DNA from: a virus
DNA: 15,909 nt
UHGV virus genome: UHGV-1808406
Reading direction: 5' to 3' (one strand)
In this document: positions 14,137 through 15,909 of the stretch, in pieces
Position numbering within the stretch: position 1 is the stretch's first letter
Layout: each line of letters starts with the position of its first letter
Position numbers and translations under genes: made by a program
The notes under the pieces: model-generated
What the model saw: only the letters and a program-made list of their open reading frames with translations
Told to the model about the DNA's origin: nothing
Database searches by the model: none

Positions 14137-14141
14137 CAACT

Positions 14142-14672
<531 letters not shown>

Positions 14673-15128
14673 TTAAAAGAAGTTGTTCATTATTCGGTAA
14701 AGTGAAGGACCCATCACATATTGCCACTGGGTACGAGGAATAAGAGCAAAAGCGTCCATCTCTGGAATCATAATACCGTCTTTATTTTCAAAATAAGACT
14801 CGCAATGGCAATTTCTAAACATCTCATGCTCTACTGGAATCGTATAATAAAATAACTGTAGGTCTTTATTACTAGAATATTTAAATACACCTAGGTCTTC
14901 TAGAAGATCTGGATTATAATTGCTAAAACCAGTCTCTTCTAAACATTCTCTTCGTGCTGCATCTAGTGCATTCAAATCAGAACTTTCTACACGCCCCTTT
15001 GGAATATCCCAGCGATGTGCCATCATTCCGGGCTTACGAGAACCGGTAACCCGACCCATAAATAAATCTTTATCTTCTGTCATAAAGATAATACCAGCTG
15101 ATAATGTTTTCATTTTAATTTCCTGCAT
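14673..15128 (-). CDS. nudE: Nudix hydrolase NudE (e.1), about 146-151 aa
   Basis: Nudix box GRVESSDLNALDAARRECLEETGF (GX5EX7REUXEEXGU). Lies immediately upstream of e as in T4. The likely start is the ATG at 15113, which overlaps the upstream stop as ATGA. Confidence 0.85.
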   Translation of the reverse strand: MQEIKMKTLSAGIIFMTEDKDLFMGRVTGSRKPGMMAHRWDIPKGRVESSDLNALDAARRECLEETGFSNYNPDLLEDLGVFKYSSNKDLQLFYYTIPVEHEMFRNCHCESYFENKDGIMIPEMDAFALIPRTQWQYVMGPSLYRIMNNFF

Positions 15129-15598
15129 TCAGTAATAAAGTTATTTAAATTTTGAGTATATTTCTTTTCATCAAAAATCTTTTGCTGTCTGCGTAACCGC
15201 CATGGCATTTCAATGAACACACACCATATTCCTGATATTACTGCTGTTATAAAAATATTGACAAGCAGAGTAAAAAGAGCCCAATCTCCTATTCTATCCA
15301 TTGGATTTTTTCCAAAGAAATAAAATACGAATGATGACACAGGAAGACTAATGATATACCATAGAAGCATATTCTTGCCTGTAAACCAATCAGCGTTCGT
15401 TAACTTAGCGCGACCGTTTTGAATACACACGAATTTATCATCTGTTGCAGTAAATGGCTTAGCTGCTTGATATCCCATTCTAAACTCCCTAATTAATCGT
15501 TTCTTTGTATCTTCAGAACAACCATTCCAGTCAACTCTATCAACTGGAATGCCATCATCCCCATCATCTAAATCATACCAGCGAGTTTTTAAAATCAT
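15110..15598 (-). CDS. Hypothetical membrane protein, 162 aa (e.2 position)
   Basis: Two hydrophobic segments (LLWYIISLPVSSFVFYFF and ALFTLLVNIFITAVISGIWCVFI). C-terminus ...FITECRKLK resembles that of the upstream gene. Confidence 0.55.
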   Translation of the reverse strand: MILKTRWYDLDDGDDGIPVDRVDWNGCSEDTKKRLIREFRMGYQAAKPFTATDDKFVCIQNGRAKLTNADWFTGKNMLLWYIISLPVSSFVFYFFGKNPMDRIGDWALFTLLVNIFITAVISGIWCVFIEMPWRLRRQQKIFDEKKYTQNLNNFITECRKLK

Positions 15599-15894
15599 TT
15601 AATTTTCCTGCAATCGCTCACAAACTCTTTCATTGATTCATTTTCAATATAAGACATGTAGCTATTATATTCTTTTAATTGTATTTTGTAATCCTTTTTT
15701 CTTTGCCAATTTATTTTAAAATTATCATAATGAAAATATAACATAATACCAAAGAATGAAAACAATGAAATAATTTTAGTATAACAAAGCTCACTCCAAA
15801 CTTCTATTATATCTACTGTACCACTGATTTTTAAAATAAAACAGTCAATTAATAGTCCAATAAGACTACCTGTAAGAGCTGCAGCCAACGCCAC
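15595..15894 (-). CDS. Hypothetical small membrane protein, 99 aa (e.3 position)
   Basis: Hydrophobic N-terminus MALAAALTGSLIGLLIDCFIL plus a second transmembrane segment; C-terminus ...FVSDCRKIK. Start is 15 nt from the window edge, so its upstream region is not visible. Confidence 0.5.
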   Translation of the reverse strand: MALAAALTGSLIGLLIDCFILKISGTVDIIEVWSELCYTKIISLFSFFGIMLYFHYDNFKINWQRKKDYKIQLKEYNSYMSYIENESMKEFVSDCRKIK

Positions 15895-15909
15895 AGCAAA
15901 AATTAAAAA

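Overview
This window reads as a T4-like (Tevenvirinae) phage early/accessory region, about 65% A+T, with every credible gene on the minus strand and tightly packed (many ATGA/TAATG stop-start overlaps). Several proteins are recognisable from memory of the T4 proteins: lysozyme e, NudE, endonuclease V (DenV), RegB, Vs, thymidine kinase, RI and a GrcA-like glycyl-radical protein (T4 Y06I type). The order matches the T4 rI-tk-vs-regB-denV-ip-e-nudE block, read from low to high coordinates. Transcription is punctuated by seven copies of a T4 early-promoter module (GTTTAC -35, 17-bp spacer, TAnTAT -10), two intrinsic terminators and four TATAAATA late-promoter motifs, including the classic SD-sequestering hairpin upstream of e. 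The most interesting content is accessory: (1) a translationally coupled early operon at 2605-5362 ending in a Pol-beta-superfamily nucleotidyltransferase, preceded by two paralogous proteins and a small membrane protein, which is my best candidate for an undescribed system; (2) a separately promoted AAA+-like ATPase next to it; (3) a stand-alone macro-domain protein; (4) two capsid-targeted internal-protein genes that share an identical 5' junction and flank denV, one with unrecognised cargo; (5) a GrcA gene whose 3' half has host-like composition; (6) a block of small acidic early proteins at the T4 vs.3-vs.5 positions. No tRNA, CRISPR array, homing endonuclease or transposase was recognised. 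All calls rest on reading the sequence and recalled family knowledge; no database search was run.
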